Shown here piece after piece: positions 25,990 through 35,409 of a DNA stretch of 64,000 bases. Below the pieces are notes generated by a model. That model was not told where the DNA came from. It saw only the letters and a list, made by a program, of their open reading frames with translations, and searched no databases. The number at the start of each line of letters is the position of its first letter. The stretch's first letter is position 1. A program made the translations under genes and the position numbers. The DNA lies in the sequence record KU686213.1. One strand, written 5' to 3'.

Positions 25990-26556
25990 ATGGCACTCTG
26001 GGGAAATCAAGACAATTTAGTAGGAGGTGATTTTTCTCCTGCCGCTCCAACATCCGTAGTGGTTGTCGGTACTGCTAGCTCTGACTTCTGGACAGCAGAA
26101 GGAACAACCTTCGCTGGTGTATCAACTGGAACTACAATCCTACTAGGAACAGAGCCTGGTGAAGATGGCTTCCTAGTAATCGAATCACTATTGAGTGATG
26201 ATCTAGCACGTTGTGGTAAGATGTCTGCTGTTTCTGCAGGCACATATGACGCAACATATTCCACTCAACCTATTAGTCTAAAGAACGATCCTGCATATGC
26301 TGAAAGTGCAGCAAATACTCTAACTGGTATTTCAACAATTAGAACTCAGGTTATTGCTGGCGTTTCTACAGCAGGTATTGATGCTATTGAGCCTACTGGT
26401 ACTGCTGGAACTAGCACAACAATTCCTGGTGGAATCCACGCTGGTTGGGTCGGCATTATGACCTACGTTGATATGCACGGTGAGCTTCGTACCAAGACTG
26501 AGACTTTTGTCGCAGCATCTGGTATTGAGACTGGTAATCGCCCATTCCCTGCCTGA
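25990..26556 (+). CDS. Putative virion structural protein
   Basis: MALWGN N-terminus; C-terminal HAGWVGIMTY...RTKTETFVA; late promoter. Confidence 0.6.
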   Translation: MALWGNQDNLVGGDFSPAAPTSVVVVGTASSDFWTAEGTTFAGVSTGTTILLGTEPGEDGFLVIESLLSDDLARCGKMSAVSAGTYDATYSTQPISLKNDPAYAESAANTLTGISTIRTQVIAGVSTAGIDAIEPTGTAGTSTTIPGGIHAGWVGIMTYVDMHGELRTKTETFVAASGIETGNRPFPA

Positions 26557-26586
26557 TAGGTAGCTTGGATATAATATAGGGGGATT

Positions 26587-26967
26587 ATGAGATTTAACGA
26601 ACTGAATGATGATAATTATCTCCTATTCGCAATCAAGTTTTACGATAATCCCCATGCGGTTACTCGTGAAGACTTTGATGACGATTTGAAAAAGATCAAA
26701 TATGTGAAGCGTCTACTAAGGCGCTACATTAATACTAATACACTGAAGACACACTTGATTCTTAATCATCTGACAGTGCTCTTCAATGTATTTGGGGATG
26801 CTGCGGTTCCACTACTCTTCTATAACTTAGAAAGAGACTTGTGGTCATCTATAAAAAGCTTTCTTGTCTTCTTAAATAAACTCCCGGAGTTCCCTAGAAG
26901 CATGATTGACGATATAGAGCTGGATCAAAACTGCCTAGATCAACTGGAGATTATCGATGGAGAATAA
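26587..26967 (+). CDS. Conserved T4-like hypothetical
   Basis: FNELNDDNYLLFAIKFYDNP...DDLKKIKYVKRLL...LILNH. Confidence 0.7.
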   Translation: MRFNELNDDNYLLFAIKFYDNPHAVTREDFDDDLKKIKYVKRLLRRYINTNTLKTHLILNHLTVLFNVFGDAAVPLLFYNLERDLWSSIKSFLVFLNKLPEFPRSMIDDIELDQNCLDQLEIIDGE

Positions 26968-27223
26968 AGTAGACAAAATCCTAGAGTGCTATAGGCGTCT
27001 TAAGGAAGAGATGGGTGCTGGTGCTGCCGTTGGTGGTATGACTACCCAATCTTCTCCTGGGAAACCTGGTTTTTCTGGTGCTGCTGACTCCAAAGGTCCA
27101 GTTGCTGGCTATGATGCTCCAGTAGACTTCCGCAAACGCAAATACAAGAAGCTCAATATGTTTTACCGTCAAGCTGTAAAACCTACCAAAGGAGCAAAAA
27201 ATGCTAGAAAGGGACCCCGATAA
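26957..27223 (+). CDS. Conserved hypothetical
   Basis: KEEMG...GFSGAADSKGPVAGYD motif. Confidence 0.6.
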   Translation: MENKVDKILECYRRLKEEMGAGAAVGGMTTQSSPGKPGFSGAADSKGPVAGYDAPVDFRKRKYKKLNMFYRQAVKPTKGAKNARKGPR

Positions 27224-27587
27224 CATTAAGTTAGCAGTCCTTGAAGAAAAGTTGGGTAACATGGTAGAGGTTATCTCTCGCTTGGATGCTACAATTGAAA
27301 AATTGAGTGATCTAAGTGTAAACGTAAGTAGAATGCTTGCTGTCCACGAGGAAAAACTAGACTTCGCTCGCGAAACTGCCGCCGAAACGGCTAAGGATAT
27401 CGATGAGTTAGAAGAACGGTTGGATGAGAAGATGGAAGCTTATTCCGTCAGACTCCGATCAGTAGAACGTCGAGTTTGGGTTGGGTTAGGTGTCGCTCTT
27501 GCTGTGACACTTATACTACAGTCCCCCATCGTGTTCAATATGCTTCATCATACGGATAAATCTGCTATAATGGTTCCAAGGAACTAA
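27201..27587 (+). CDS. Coiled-coil protein with C-terminal transmembrane helix
   Basis: LAVLEEK...IEKL...MLAVHEEKL; WVGLGVALAVTLIL. Confidence 0.65.
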   Translation: MLERDPDNIKLAVLEEKLGNMVEVISRLDATIEKLSDLSVNVSRMLAVHEEKLDFARETAAETAKDIDELEERLDEKMEAYSVRLRSVERRVWVGLGVALAVTLILQSPIVFNMLHHTDKSAIMVPRN

Positions 27588-27601
27588 GCTCTAACTTCAT
27601 A

Positions 27602-28579
27602 ATGGATTTTGTTGATTCAAAATATGTGAACTTGGTCTCCTCTCGTTTGGAAAAGTTCAAAAGAACAAAGGCGGATCTTTTTAATTTCCGCTGCCCCATC
27701 TGTGGGGACTCTTCTAAGAACAAAACCAAAGCGAGAGGCTACCTCTACACAGTAAAAAACAATACTAATTTTAAGTGTCATAACTGTCAATCCAGTATGT
27801 CACTAAACAATTTCATTAAGAAGATGGATCCAGTCCTTCATAAGCAATATGTTATGGAGAAGTTTAAGGAAGGTCACACAGGCAAAAACTTCTCTACACC
27901 AACTCCCAAACTTGACTTCAAGGCACCCACTTTCACTAGAAAGACAAAGATTAGATTACCTAAAGCATCCGAGAACGAGCAAGCTAAAGCCTATTTGGTA
28001 AATCGTAAGTTAGACCCAGACAAGTTTTACTATACCGCAGGATTTAAGAAGTGGGCAAACACACTTACCAAAGCATTTAGCAATACTCAATATGATGACG
28101 CACGTATTGTAATCCCTTTATATACAGCAGATGGAGACTTGTTTGGTTTCCAAGGAAGAGCCCTTGGTCCTAGTAAGGTTAAATACATTACTATCATGCT
28201 CAATGATGACCATCCCAAAGTGTATGGGATGGATACAGTAGACACGAACAAGACTGTCTACGTGGTAGAGGGACCATTTGACTCTACTTTTATCAATAAC
28301 GGTATCGCAATGTGTGGTGCTGATGTTGACCTAGATACTCTACAAATAAAAGATCTAGTATACGTTTACGATAACGAACCAAGAAACAAAGAAATCTGTG
28401 CCCGTATTGAGAAGGCAATTAAACAAGGTAAAAAGGTTGTTATTTTCCCGTCACGTATTATAGAAAAAGACTTAAACGATATGGTTCTACAAGGCATAGA
28501 CGCTAATTCTATGCTAGAATCAAATACATACCAATCACTCACAGCAACAATTAAGTATAACGAATGGAAACGATTATGA
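27602..28579 (+). CDS. gp61: DNA primase
   Basis: Zn finger CPICGDS...CHNC; TOPRIM VVEGPFDS, YDNEPRN, KDLND. Confidence 0.96.
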   Translation: MDFVDSKYVNLVSSRLEKFKRTKADLFNFRCPICGDSSKNKTKARGYLYTVKNNTNFKCHNCQSSMSLNNFIKKMDPVLHKQYVMEKFKEGHTGKNFSTPTPKLDFKAPTFTRKTKIRLPKASENEQAKAYLVNRKLDPDKFYYTAGFKKWANTLTKAFSNTQYDDARIVIPLYTADGDLFGFQGRALGPSKVKYITIMLNDDHPKVYGMDTVDTNKTVYVVEGPFDSTFINNGIAMCGADVDLDTLQIKDLVYVYDNEPRNKEICARIEKAIKQGKKVVIFPSRIIEKDLNDMVLQGIDANSMLESNTYQSLTATIKYNEWKRL

Positions 28580-30879
28580 ACAGCGACATCAAGGTAATCA
28601 AAAGATCTGGTGCTAGTGAGCCTCTTGATATCAATAAGCTACATGTAATGGTAGAAGCTGCCTGTGAAGGATTGGCTGGCGTATCTGTATCCCAAGTTGA
28701 AATGACTTCGGAGATTCAGTTCTTTGATGGTATTACTACTGATCAGATCCAACGTATTCTTGTTAGTTCTGCCTCCAATCTAATTGACTTGGAGCACCCA
28801 AACTATCAGTTCGTAGCTGCCCGTCTAATGCTGTTTGCTCTACGTAAGCAGGTTTATGGTAAGCTTCACGAATTGATTACTGTGAAGGAGCAGGTAGAGC
28901 GCTGTGTAGAGGCTGGTGTGTATGATGAGGAGATCCTATCTCTATATTCTGATGAAGAGTTCGCTGAGTTTGATCGCATCATCGACCATGATCGTGACTA
29001 TATCTTTACCTTTGCTGGTCTTCGTCAAGTAGTTGACAAGTACCTAGTCCAAGATCGTACATTTGATAAGATGTATGAGACTCCACAATTTATGTACCTT
29101 TTGGTTGCGGCGACTATGTTCTCCCGCTATCCTAAGGCAACCCGCATGTCCTATGTAAAACGATATTATGACGCAACATCAAAGCACCGTATCAATATTC
29201 CAACGCCTATTATGGCAGGTGTTAGAACGCCCCTTAGGCAGTACGCTAGCTGCGTTCTTATTGATTCCGACGACAGTCTCGATTCTATCTTTAGCTCTGA
29301 TATGGCTATTGGCAGATACGTTGCGCAAAGAGCTGGAATCGGGATCAACGCTGGCAGAATCCGTGGACTCAACAGTTCGATCCGTGGTGGCGAGGTCAGC
29401 CATACCGGGGTAATTCCATTCCTAAAGAAGTTTGAAGCTACTGTCCGCTGCTGTACCCAGAATGGTATTCGTGGTGGATCTGCTACAGTTCACTTCCCCA
29501 TCTGGCACCAAGAGATCCACGATATTATCGTTCTTAAGAACAATAAGGGTACTTCTGATAATAGAGTACGTAAGTTGGACTACTCTATTCAGTTCAGTAA
29601 GATCTTCTATGAGCGCTTTATTCAGAATGGAGATATCACATTGTTCTCTCCTCATGATGTTCCTGGTTTATATGAGGCATTTGGTACAGAGGATTTTGAT
29701 ACTCTATACAGAATGTATGAACTCAATGATATGACCCCTAAGAAGACTGTTAAAGCACAGGAGCTTATCCTAGAGCTACTCAAAGAGAGGGCAGAGACAG
29801 GTCGTATCTACATCATGAACATTGACCACTGTAATAGTCATAGTTCTTTCCTAGATAAGGTTGAGATGTCTAACCTCTGCCAAGAGATTACACTTCCCAC
29901 TCGCCCTTTAGACCATATTGATAGTACTGAAGGTGAGATTGCCCTCTGTATCCTCTCTGCCGTCAACGTAGGCAAGCTACGTAACTTGGAAGAGATGGAA
30001 GAGTTATGTGACCTAGCAGTCCGTGGACTCGATGAACTCATTGACTTTCAGGGATACCCAATCAAAGCAGCGGAGATTGCCACCAAGAACCGCCGTAGCC
30101 TCGGTATTGGTTACATTGGACTAGCACACTACCTAGCCAAGCATCACGCCAACTACGCCGACCCAGAAGCCTTACAGCTAGTCCACGATCTTACAGAGCA
30201 CTTCCAGTACTACCTCATCAAAGCTACAACTAATCTCGCTAAAGAGAAAGGAGCTTGTGGTTGGTCTCATCGCACCAAGTACCATCACGGTATTCTCCCC
30301 ATCGACACATACAAGAGTGATGTTGATGGTCTAGTTCCTAACAATCTCTCACTGGACTGGGAAGCCCTACGAGCCGACTGTATCAAGTATGGGGTACGCA
30401 ACTCCACATTAAGCGCACAGATGCCCTCTGAAAGCTCTTCAGTGGTCTGTAACGCAACTAACGGTATCGAACCACCCCGTGGATATCTATCCGTTAAGAA
30501 GAGCAAGAAAGGACCTCTCACGCAGATCGTTCCTTCTTATCAAACTCTTAAGCAGTATTACACATTGTTGTGGGATATGAAGAGCAATGAAGGTTACATC
30601 AACATTGTAGCTGTTATGCAGAAGTTCTTCGATCAAGCTATCAGTGGGAACTGGAGCTATAACCCCAAGAACTATCCTGATGGTGAAGTTCCAGTATCCG
30701 TTATGGTAAATGACTGGCTGAATACATATAAGTATGGTTGGAAGACTTCTTATTACCAAAATACATACGATACATCTAACGACGGCACAGAAGAAGCTCC
30801 CAAAGAGGAGACTATGGAAGACATCCTAGCCGAAGCAGAGTATTCTGATGATGACGATTGCGACTCTTGCAAGATTTAG
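28576..30879 (+). CDS. nrdA: Ribonucleotide reductase class Ia, alpha subunit
   Basis: N-terminal ATP cone (VIKRSG), PTPIMAG, SNLCQEI, MPSESSS, C-terminal CDSC; no intron or intein. Confidence 0.97.
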   Translation: MNSDIKVIKRSGASEPLDINKLHVMVEAACEGLAGVSVSQVEMTSEIQFFDGITTDQIQRILVSSASNLIDLEHPNYQFVAARLMLFALRKQVYGKLHELITVKEQVERCVEAGVYDEEILSLYSDEEFAEFDRIIDHDRDYIFTFAGLRQVVDKYLVQDRTFDKMYETPQFMYLLVAATMFSRYPKATRMSYVKRYYDATSKHRINIPTPIMAGVRTPLRQYASCVLIDSDDSLDSIFSSDMAIGRYVAQRAGIGINAGRIRGLNSSIRGGEVSHTGVIPFLKKFEATVRCCTQNGIRGGSATVHFPIWHQEIHDIIVLKNNKGTSDNRVRKLDYSIQFSKIFYERFIQNGDITLFSPHDVPGLYEAFGTEDFDTLYRMYELNDMTPKKTVKAQELILELLKERAETGRIYIMNIDHCNSHSSFLDKVEMSNLCQEITLPTRPLDHIDSTEGEIALCILSAVNVGKLRNLEEMEELCDLAVRGLDELIDFQGYPIKAAEIATKNRRSLGIGYIGLAHYLAKHHANYADPEALQLVHDLTEHFQYYLIKATTNLAKEKGACGWSHRTKYHHGILPIDTYKSDVDGLVPNNLSLDWEALRADCIKYGVRNSTLSAQMPSESSSVVCNATNGIEPPRGYLSVKKSKKGPLTQIVPSYQTLKQYYTLLWDMKSNEGYINIVAVMQKFFDQAISGNWSYNPKNYPDGEVPVSVMVNDWLNTYKYGWKTSYYQNTYDTSNDGTEEAPKEETMEDILAEAEYSDDDDCDSCKI

Positions 30880-30932
30880 ATCTTGCGGGGTCTCCCCTTT
30901 CCTGCTATAATTAACACCTCTTGTAGAATCCT

Positions 30933-32087
30933 ATGACTGCCCATAACATCGATGGAATGACTGTATTTAATTCCAACGAAGTTGATACTAAAAAACAACC
31001 TATGTTCTTTGGACAACCTTTGGGTGTCCAAAGATATGATTCATATAAGTATCCTATTTTTGAGAAGCTAACACAGCAACAACTAGGATTCTTTTGGAAA
31101 CCCGAAGAGGTTTCTCTCCAAAAAGATCGTTCTGATTACCAGAAGCTTCGTCCAGAACAGAAGCATATCTTTACATCTAATCTAAAATATCAAATCCTCC
31201 TTGATTCTGTTCAGGGTCGTGGTCCTAGTATGGCTTTTGCTCCATATTGTTCCCTACCTGAACTAGAAGGTTGTATGAAAGCGTGGGAGTTTATGGAGAT
31301 GATCCATTCACGTTCCTACACATATATTATTAAGAACATCTATTCAGATCCTTCTGAAGTATTTGATACTATCCTTAAGGATGATCGTATCCTAGAACGT
31401 GCTACTGCCGTTACTGCTGCTTATAATGAGTTTATCAACGCAGCGCACGACTACGACTCCCGTAAAGTGTATGAGCAGGCACAGGAAGATGTGTCTGTTG
31501 CCCAGGAAGAGCGCCGTGAGCTTAAGCGTAAGCTCTATCGTGCTGTAGCAAATGTTAATATCCTAGAAGGTATTCGTTTTTACGTATCATTTGCTTGTAG
31601 TTTTGCCTTTGGTGAGCTAAAGCAGATGGAAGGTTCAGCTAAAATCATTAGTTTAATTGCTCGTGATGAGTCACAACACCTAGTAATCACCCAGAATATT
31701 CTAAAAAACTGGGAGAAAGGTGACGATCCCGAGATGGTTGATATTGCTCGGGAAGAGAAGGAGTGGGTCATCAACACATTCCGTGCTGCTGTTCAGCAAG
31801 AGAAAGAATGGGCAGAGTACCTATTCAAAGATGGTTCTATGATTGGTCTCAATGAGAAGCTTCTAGCCAACTATGTTGAGTGGGTTGCTAATCGACGTAT
31901 GAAGGCAATTGGTTTAGAGCCAATCTTTGATGTACCAGCCAAGAACAATCCACTTCCTTGGACAGAGCACTGGCTCAACTCCAAGAGTGTACAGGTTGCT
32001 CCACAGGAAACAGAGATTACCTCATACATTGTTGGTGGTCTTAAACAGGATATGAAAGAAGATCAGTTCTCTGGATTCTCCTTATAA
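30933..32087 (+). CDS. nrdB: Ribonucleotide reductase class Ia, beta subunit
   Basis: FFWKPEEV, EMIHSRSY, NILEGIRFY, RDESQH, VAPQETEITSY. Confidence 0.97.
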   Translation: MTAHNIDGMTVFNSNEVDTKKQPMFFGQPLGVQRYDSYKYPIFEKLTQQQLGFFWKPEEVSLQKDRSDYQKLRPEQKHIFTSNLKYQILLDSVQGRGPSMAFAPYCSLPELEGCMKAWEFMEMIHSRSYTYIIKNIYSDPSEVFDTILKDDRILERATAVTAAYNEFINAAHDYDSRKVYEQAQEDVSVAQEERRELKRKLYRAVANVNILEGIRFYVSFACSFAFGELKQMEGSAKIISLIARDESQHLVITQNILKNWEKGDDPEMVDIAREEKEWVINTFRAAVQQEKEWAEYLFKDGSMIGLNEKLLANYVEWVANRRMKAIGLEPIFDVPAKNNPLPWTEHWLNSKSVQVAPQETEITSYIVGGLKQDMKEDQFSGFSL

Positions 32088-32091
32088 ATAC

Positions 32092-32117
32092 AGGCTCCCT
32101 TAGGGGAGCTTTTTTTA
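32092..32117 (+). terminator. Rho-independent terminator
   Basis: AGGCTCCC-TTAG-GGGAGCTT plus T run. Confidence 0.85.
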
Positions 32118-32152
32118 TGTCTAAATAGTTTTATAAAGTATTCATTAAAATA

Positions 32153-32596
32153 ATGTCTAGGGAAGAACTTATTGAATTGGCACTACAAGGTTCTGTAATT
32201 GCAGAGCAAATCGAAGAATCTGCAGACATTTACATCGATATTGCAGAGCATCTACTAGCATCTGGTCACGCATCTACAATCGGAGAGATTGACGTAATCC
32301 TTAGGGGAATGACTGTTGAGTCTGCTTCTGGTATTTTGGATGCCGTAGAGGGCACTCGGACGCTCTCTGAGGGGCACAAAAAGATTGCTGCTGGATTGGA
32401 AGCTGACCCAGAGGGATATATGGTCCTGCGCCAGATAGCCACCGCAGAGAACGCTTGCCTACGCATCAAGACTTACATTGGTGGAGACAAGATGCTCCAA
32501 CTACCAGCGTGGGTTCAGGCTAAAATGTCTATCGCAGCTGCTGACCTAGATACTATTGCTGATTACTTACTATCAGATACAGAAGCTACTGAGTGA
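32153..32596 (+). CDS. Late hypothetical (core/scaffold-like)
   Basis: TAAATA upstream; QLPAWVQAKMSIAAADLDTIADYL motif. Confidence 0.55.
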   Translation: MSREELIELALQGSVIAEQIEESADIYIDIAEHLLASGHASTIGEIDVILRGMTVESASGILDAVEGTRTLSEGHKKIAAGLEADPEGYMVLRQIATAENACLRIKTYIGGDKMLQLPAWVQAKMSIAAADLDTIADYLLSDTEATE

Positions 32597-32602
32597 TTTA
32601 TT

Positions 32603-33046
32603 ATGAGCACTGTTATTGCTGAAAACTTTATAACACCTAATGGAACAGGACTAGTCCCTATAGGTACTGTTATTATGTACTATGGTGCTACTGCTCCCAC
32701 TGGGTACTTGGAATGTGATGGACAGTCTACAGCTGCCTATGAGGATTTATTAGCACTAATTGGTCCCAACACCCCAGACCTTCGCGGTGAATTCGTAAGA
32801 GGTTGGGATAACGGTAGAGGTGTTGATACTGGTCGTGCTTTAGGTAGTACTCAAGATGATGAGTTTAAAGAACATCAACATACGATTGATGGATATCTTC
32901 TCCAAGATGGAGCGAACTATTCTCAAGCAAAAATCATAGCTGATGACGATAGAACTGATAGTGCTATAAGCAAAACCACTAATAATGAAGGTGGGACCGA
33001 GACTCGCCCACGTAACGTAGCTCTGATGTACTGTATTAAGCATTGA
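32603..33046 (+). CDS. Phage tail collar domain protein
   Basis: PIGTVIMY...PTGYLECDGQ...PDLRGEFVRGWD...ETRPRNVALMYCIK. Confidence 0.9.
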   Translation: MSTVIAENFITPNGTGLVPIGTVIMYYGATAPTGYLECDGQSTAAYEDLLALIGPNTPDLRGEFVRGWDNGRGVDTGRALGSTQDDEFKEHQHTIDGYLLQDGANYSQAKIIADDDRTDSAISKTTNNEGGTETRPRNVALMYCIKH

Positions 33047-33052
33047 TATAGG

Positions 33053-33091
33053 GACCTCTTACTTGACAAGAGGTCTTTTTTTGTGTATAAT
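33053..33091 (+). terminator. Terminator hairpin overlapping a sigma70 promoter
   Basis: GACCTCTT/AAGAGGTC plus T7; TTGACA (33063) in the loop, TATAAT (33086) 17 nt later. Confidence 0.8.
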
Positions 33092-33154
33092 CAGCCTTGT
33101 CGAGGGTGATAAGTGACTTTAAGTACTAAATAAATGATAATAGCTCTCAATAAT

Positions 33155-33310
33155 ATGGCTTTTAGAATATGGCATTCACCTGTAAAGAGTACTGTAGTTG
33201 AGACTTGGGAAGAAGTTTTTGTTTATTATCAGGTTCAACTAGCTACTGTAGGACATCAGCCAGATTATTGGGAAGAGATTTCAGAAGAAGAATATATAAA
33301 GAAGCGGTAA
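33155..33310 (+). CDS. Small hypothetical (51 aa)
   Basis: Read by eye: MAFRIWHSPVKSTVVETWEE... Confidence 0.45.
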   Translation: MAFRIWHSPVKSTVVETWEEVFVYYQVQLATVGHQPDYWEEISEEEYIKKR

Positions 33311-33319
33311 ACCACTTCA

Positions 33320-33748
33320 ATGGTAGATTACGAGAATCCCTGGATGTATAAAGGGAGACCTTTTACTACCGAAAAGATAAAAGATTATTATGGGTTCTTA
33401 TACCTTATTGAGAATAAGCTCACTGGTAGAAAATACATTGGACGCAAGTACTTTGTGCAGAAGAGAAAACCGAAAGGTGGTAAGAGAAGAGTAACTTCTG
33501 AAAGTGATTGGAAAAAATATTATGGTTCTAACGACCAGTTAAAAGCTGATGCGAAGGAGTTTGGTAAAGAGAATTTTAGTAGAAAGATATTATCTCTACA
33601 CGAAACTGTAGGCAAAACTAACTACGCAGAGACAGAAGCACTCTTTAAATACAATGTTTTAAGAGCAAAGTTAAAGGATGGTACTGCTGCATACTATAAC
33701 GACAACATCCTCGGTAGGTATTACAGAAGGAACTATTGGGTGGACTAA
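33320..33748 (+). CDS. GIY-YIG family endonuclease-like protein
   Basis: YGFLYLIENKLTGRKYIGRK...WKKYYGS...YNDNI. Confidence 0.75.
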   Translation: MVDYENPWMYKGRPFTTEKIKDYYGFLYLIENKLTGRKYIGRKYFVQKRKPKGGKRRVTSESDWKKYYGSNDQLKADAKEFGKENFSRKILSLHETVGKTNYAETEALFKYNVLRAKLKDGTAAYYNDNILGRYYRRNYWVD

Positions 33749-33771
33749 ATAAACCACCTGGTCTTTTTATT

Positions 33772-34479
33772 ATGAAGATTGAACTTAAAAACTTTTTTAA
33801 GTATTACAATGATGGCTTACCCCACCACAAAAATTCTGTTGATAAACTAGCTGAAAAAATTGCTAAATTAGCACCAGAACTTTTGGAAGACGATGCCGAG
33901 TGGGTTTCTATCTACAGAAATCAATCTGTTGATAACGATGGCGACCAAGAATTAGTATTACCTGTTCTCTACTACCCGCAGACAGACAACTACACACAGC
34001 CCGAGAGGACGTGTAATTCATCCGCTTGTGCTATGGCTTTGGAATACTTCAAGCCAGGTACTCTACACGGTCCTAAAGGCGATGATGAGTATATTAGGGA
34101 GGTCTTCCAAGTAGGAGATACTACCGACCATTGGGTACAGACAGAGATTTTAAGAAATCACGGCATTGAATCTACATTCAAATATGATTTAGATTTTGAT
34201 GACCTTGATAAAGAATTAGAAAACCGTAGACCTGTTGTTATTGGTATCCTCCACAGGGGACCTCTATATGCCCCTTCAGGCGGTCATATGATTGTTGTGA
34301 TTGGTAGAACCGAGAAAGGTGACTACATCGTTCACGACCCATATGGAGACCTCTACGATGGATATACAAGCACCGTATATAATGGTAGCTCTGCTGTATA
34401 CGAAAGAAGAGTATTAGAAAAGAGATGGACGTGCGACGGTAGTCGTTCAGGATGGGGTAGAGTTTTTTTTCCACAGTAG
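33772..34479 (+). CDS. Peptidase C39-like (papain-fold) protein; 0-frame product of the frameshift locus
   Basis: YYPQTDN...CNSSACAM (Cys), GGHMIVVIG (His), IVHDPYG (Asp); TAAATA late core at 33746. Confidence 0.8.
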   Translation: MKIELKNFFKYYNDGLPHHKNSVDKLAEKIAKLAPELLEDDAEWVSIYRNQSVDNDGDQELVLPVLYYPQTDNYTQPERTCNSSACAMALEYFKPGTLHGPKGDDEYIREVFQVGDTTDHWVQTEILRNHGIESTFKYDLDFDDLDKELENRRPVVIGILHRGPLYAPSGGHMIVVIGRTEKGDYIVHDPYGDLYDGYTSTVYNGSSAVYERRVLEKRWTCDGSRSGWGRVFFPQ

Positions 34480-34988
34480 AACCACCTAACTCTATCTTAG
34501 GGGTTCTACCAAATTCAGGCATACAACTAATCAAAGAATTTGAGGGGCTTCACGTCCTAAGAAACGATGGGTATATTCATGCCTATCCAGACCCACTCTC
34601 AGGAAATCTACCAATCACTATTGGCTGGGGTTCCACTAGAAAGTTGAATGGTTATCCGTTCAAGCTTGGAGATAAAATAACCAGGTCTGATGCTGATGAA
34701 TTACTAATACATCAGTTGAAGGATGAATACTTATCTACTCTAGAAAGAGAAGTACCTTACTGGAGAGAAATGAACGACAACCAGAGAGGAGCTTTGTTGA
34801 GCTTCGCATATAATTTGGGAGCACATTTCTATGGTAGTGCTGGTTTCAGCACAATAAGCCGTGTTCTTCGGGAAAAGGAGTGGAATAAAGTCCCTGATGC
34901 GCTATACTTATACCGAAACCCAGGCACAAGCGTAGAGGTAGGCTTGACCCGCAGACGCATTGCCGAAGGTGATCTTTGGAAATCTTAA
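34461..34988 (+). CDS. GH24 (T4/lambda R-type) lysozyme domain in the -1 frame, no canonical start before the catalytic residues
   Basis: Frame open from 34461: ...GIQLIKEFEG...AYPDP...TIGWGST...LLSFAYNLG...GLTRRRIAEGDLW; first ATG/GTG/TTG is TTG 34644, after the E/D/T residues. Confidence 0.85.
   Translation, partial: SFFSTVEPPNSILGVLPNSGIQLIKEFEGLHVLRNDGYIHAYPDPLSGNLPITIGWGSTRKLNGYPFKLGDKITRSDADELLIHQLKDEYLSTLEREVPYWREMNDNQRGALLSFAYNLGAHFYGSAGFSTISRVLREKEWNKVPDALYLYRNPGTSVEVGLTRRRIAEGDLWKS
34464..34509 (+). promoter_or_regulatory. Predicted -1 programmed ribosomal frameshift signal
   Basis: Heptamer T TTT TTT (34464-34470) in the correct phase, spacer CCACA, stem-loop GTAGAACC-A-CCTAA-CTCTATC-TTAGG-GGTTCTAC. 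Confidence 0.75.
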
Positions 34989-34989
34989 T

Positions 34990-35409
34990 ATGTTATTACC
35001 ACTGTTTAAAGAAAGGTTCCAGGGCTTCTGGAACAACCAACGCCAAGCATACAATGACCCTCGGGGGCAGGCATTAGTTCATGTTATCCATGAGTTTGAT
35101 GTTGATAGGTATCTATGTTCTTATAGGTATCGTCGTCAAAAAAATCCATACAGATATTTTGAAGCAACATTACACGATAACGATGGTCAGGTTATTTTAA
35201 AAAACCCCGTCCACGATATTATGTTTTATGTTCAGAATGGATGTTTTGTAACCAAGTCTAATTTCATTAGCCGTGGTGTGCGTTATATCAATGAAGCCTA
35301 TCTAGGTGAAAACTATTACCACGTCAAAGACCAAGGTTTTGATTTAAAAACTGGGAAGCAAATTTGGGGTCTTGAAGGTGATAACTTCTATGAGTTTGAT
35401 AGGACTTAA
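34990..35409 (+). CDS. cpeT: CpeT/CpcT-like phycobilin lyase
   Basis: FQGFWNNQRQAYNDP, SYRYRRQKNPYRY, DQGFDLKTGKQIWG...YEF, typical of cyanophage CpeT. Confidence 0.75.
   Translation: MLLPLFKERFQGFWNNQRQAYNDPRGQALVHVIHEFDVDRYLCSYRYRRQKNPYRYFEATLHDNDGQVILKNPVHDIMFYVQNGCFVTKSNFISRGVRYINEAYLGENYYHVKDQGFDLKTGKQIWGLEGDNFYEFDRT

Noticed and set aside
9180-32087. Introns or inteins in gp43, gp41, nrdA or nrdB
   Set aside because: All are uninterrupted and near normal length, with no intein termini or embedded endonuclease ORFs.
34644-34988. Stand-alone 114-aa lysozyme starting at TTG 34644
   Set aside because: It would lack the catalytic Glu, Asp and Thr encoded upstream in the same frame.
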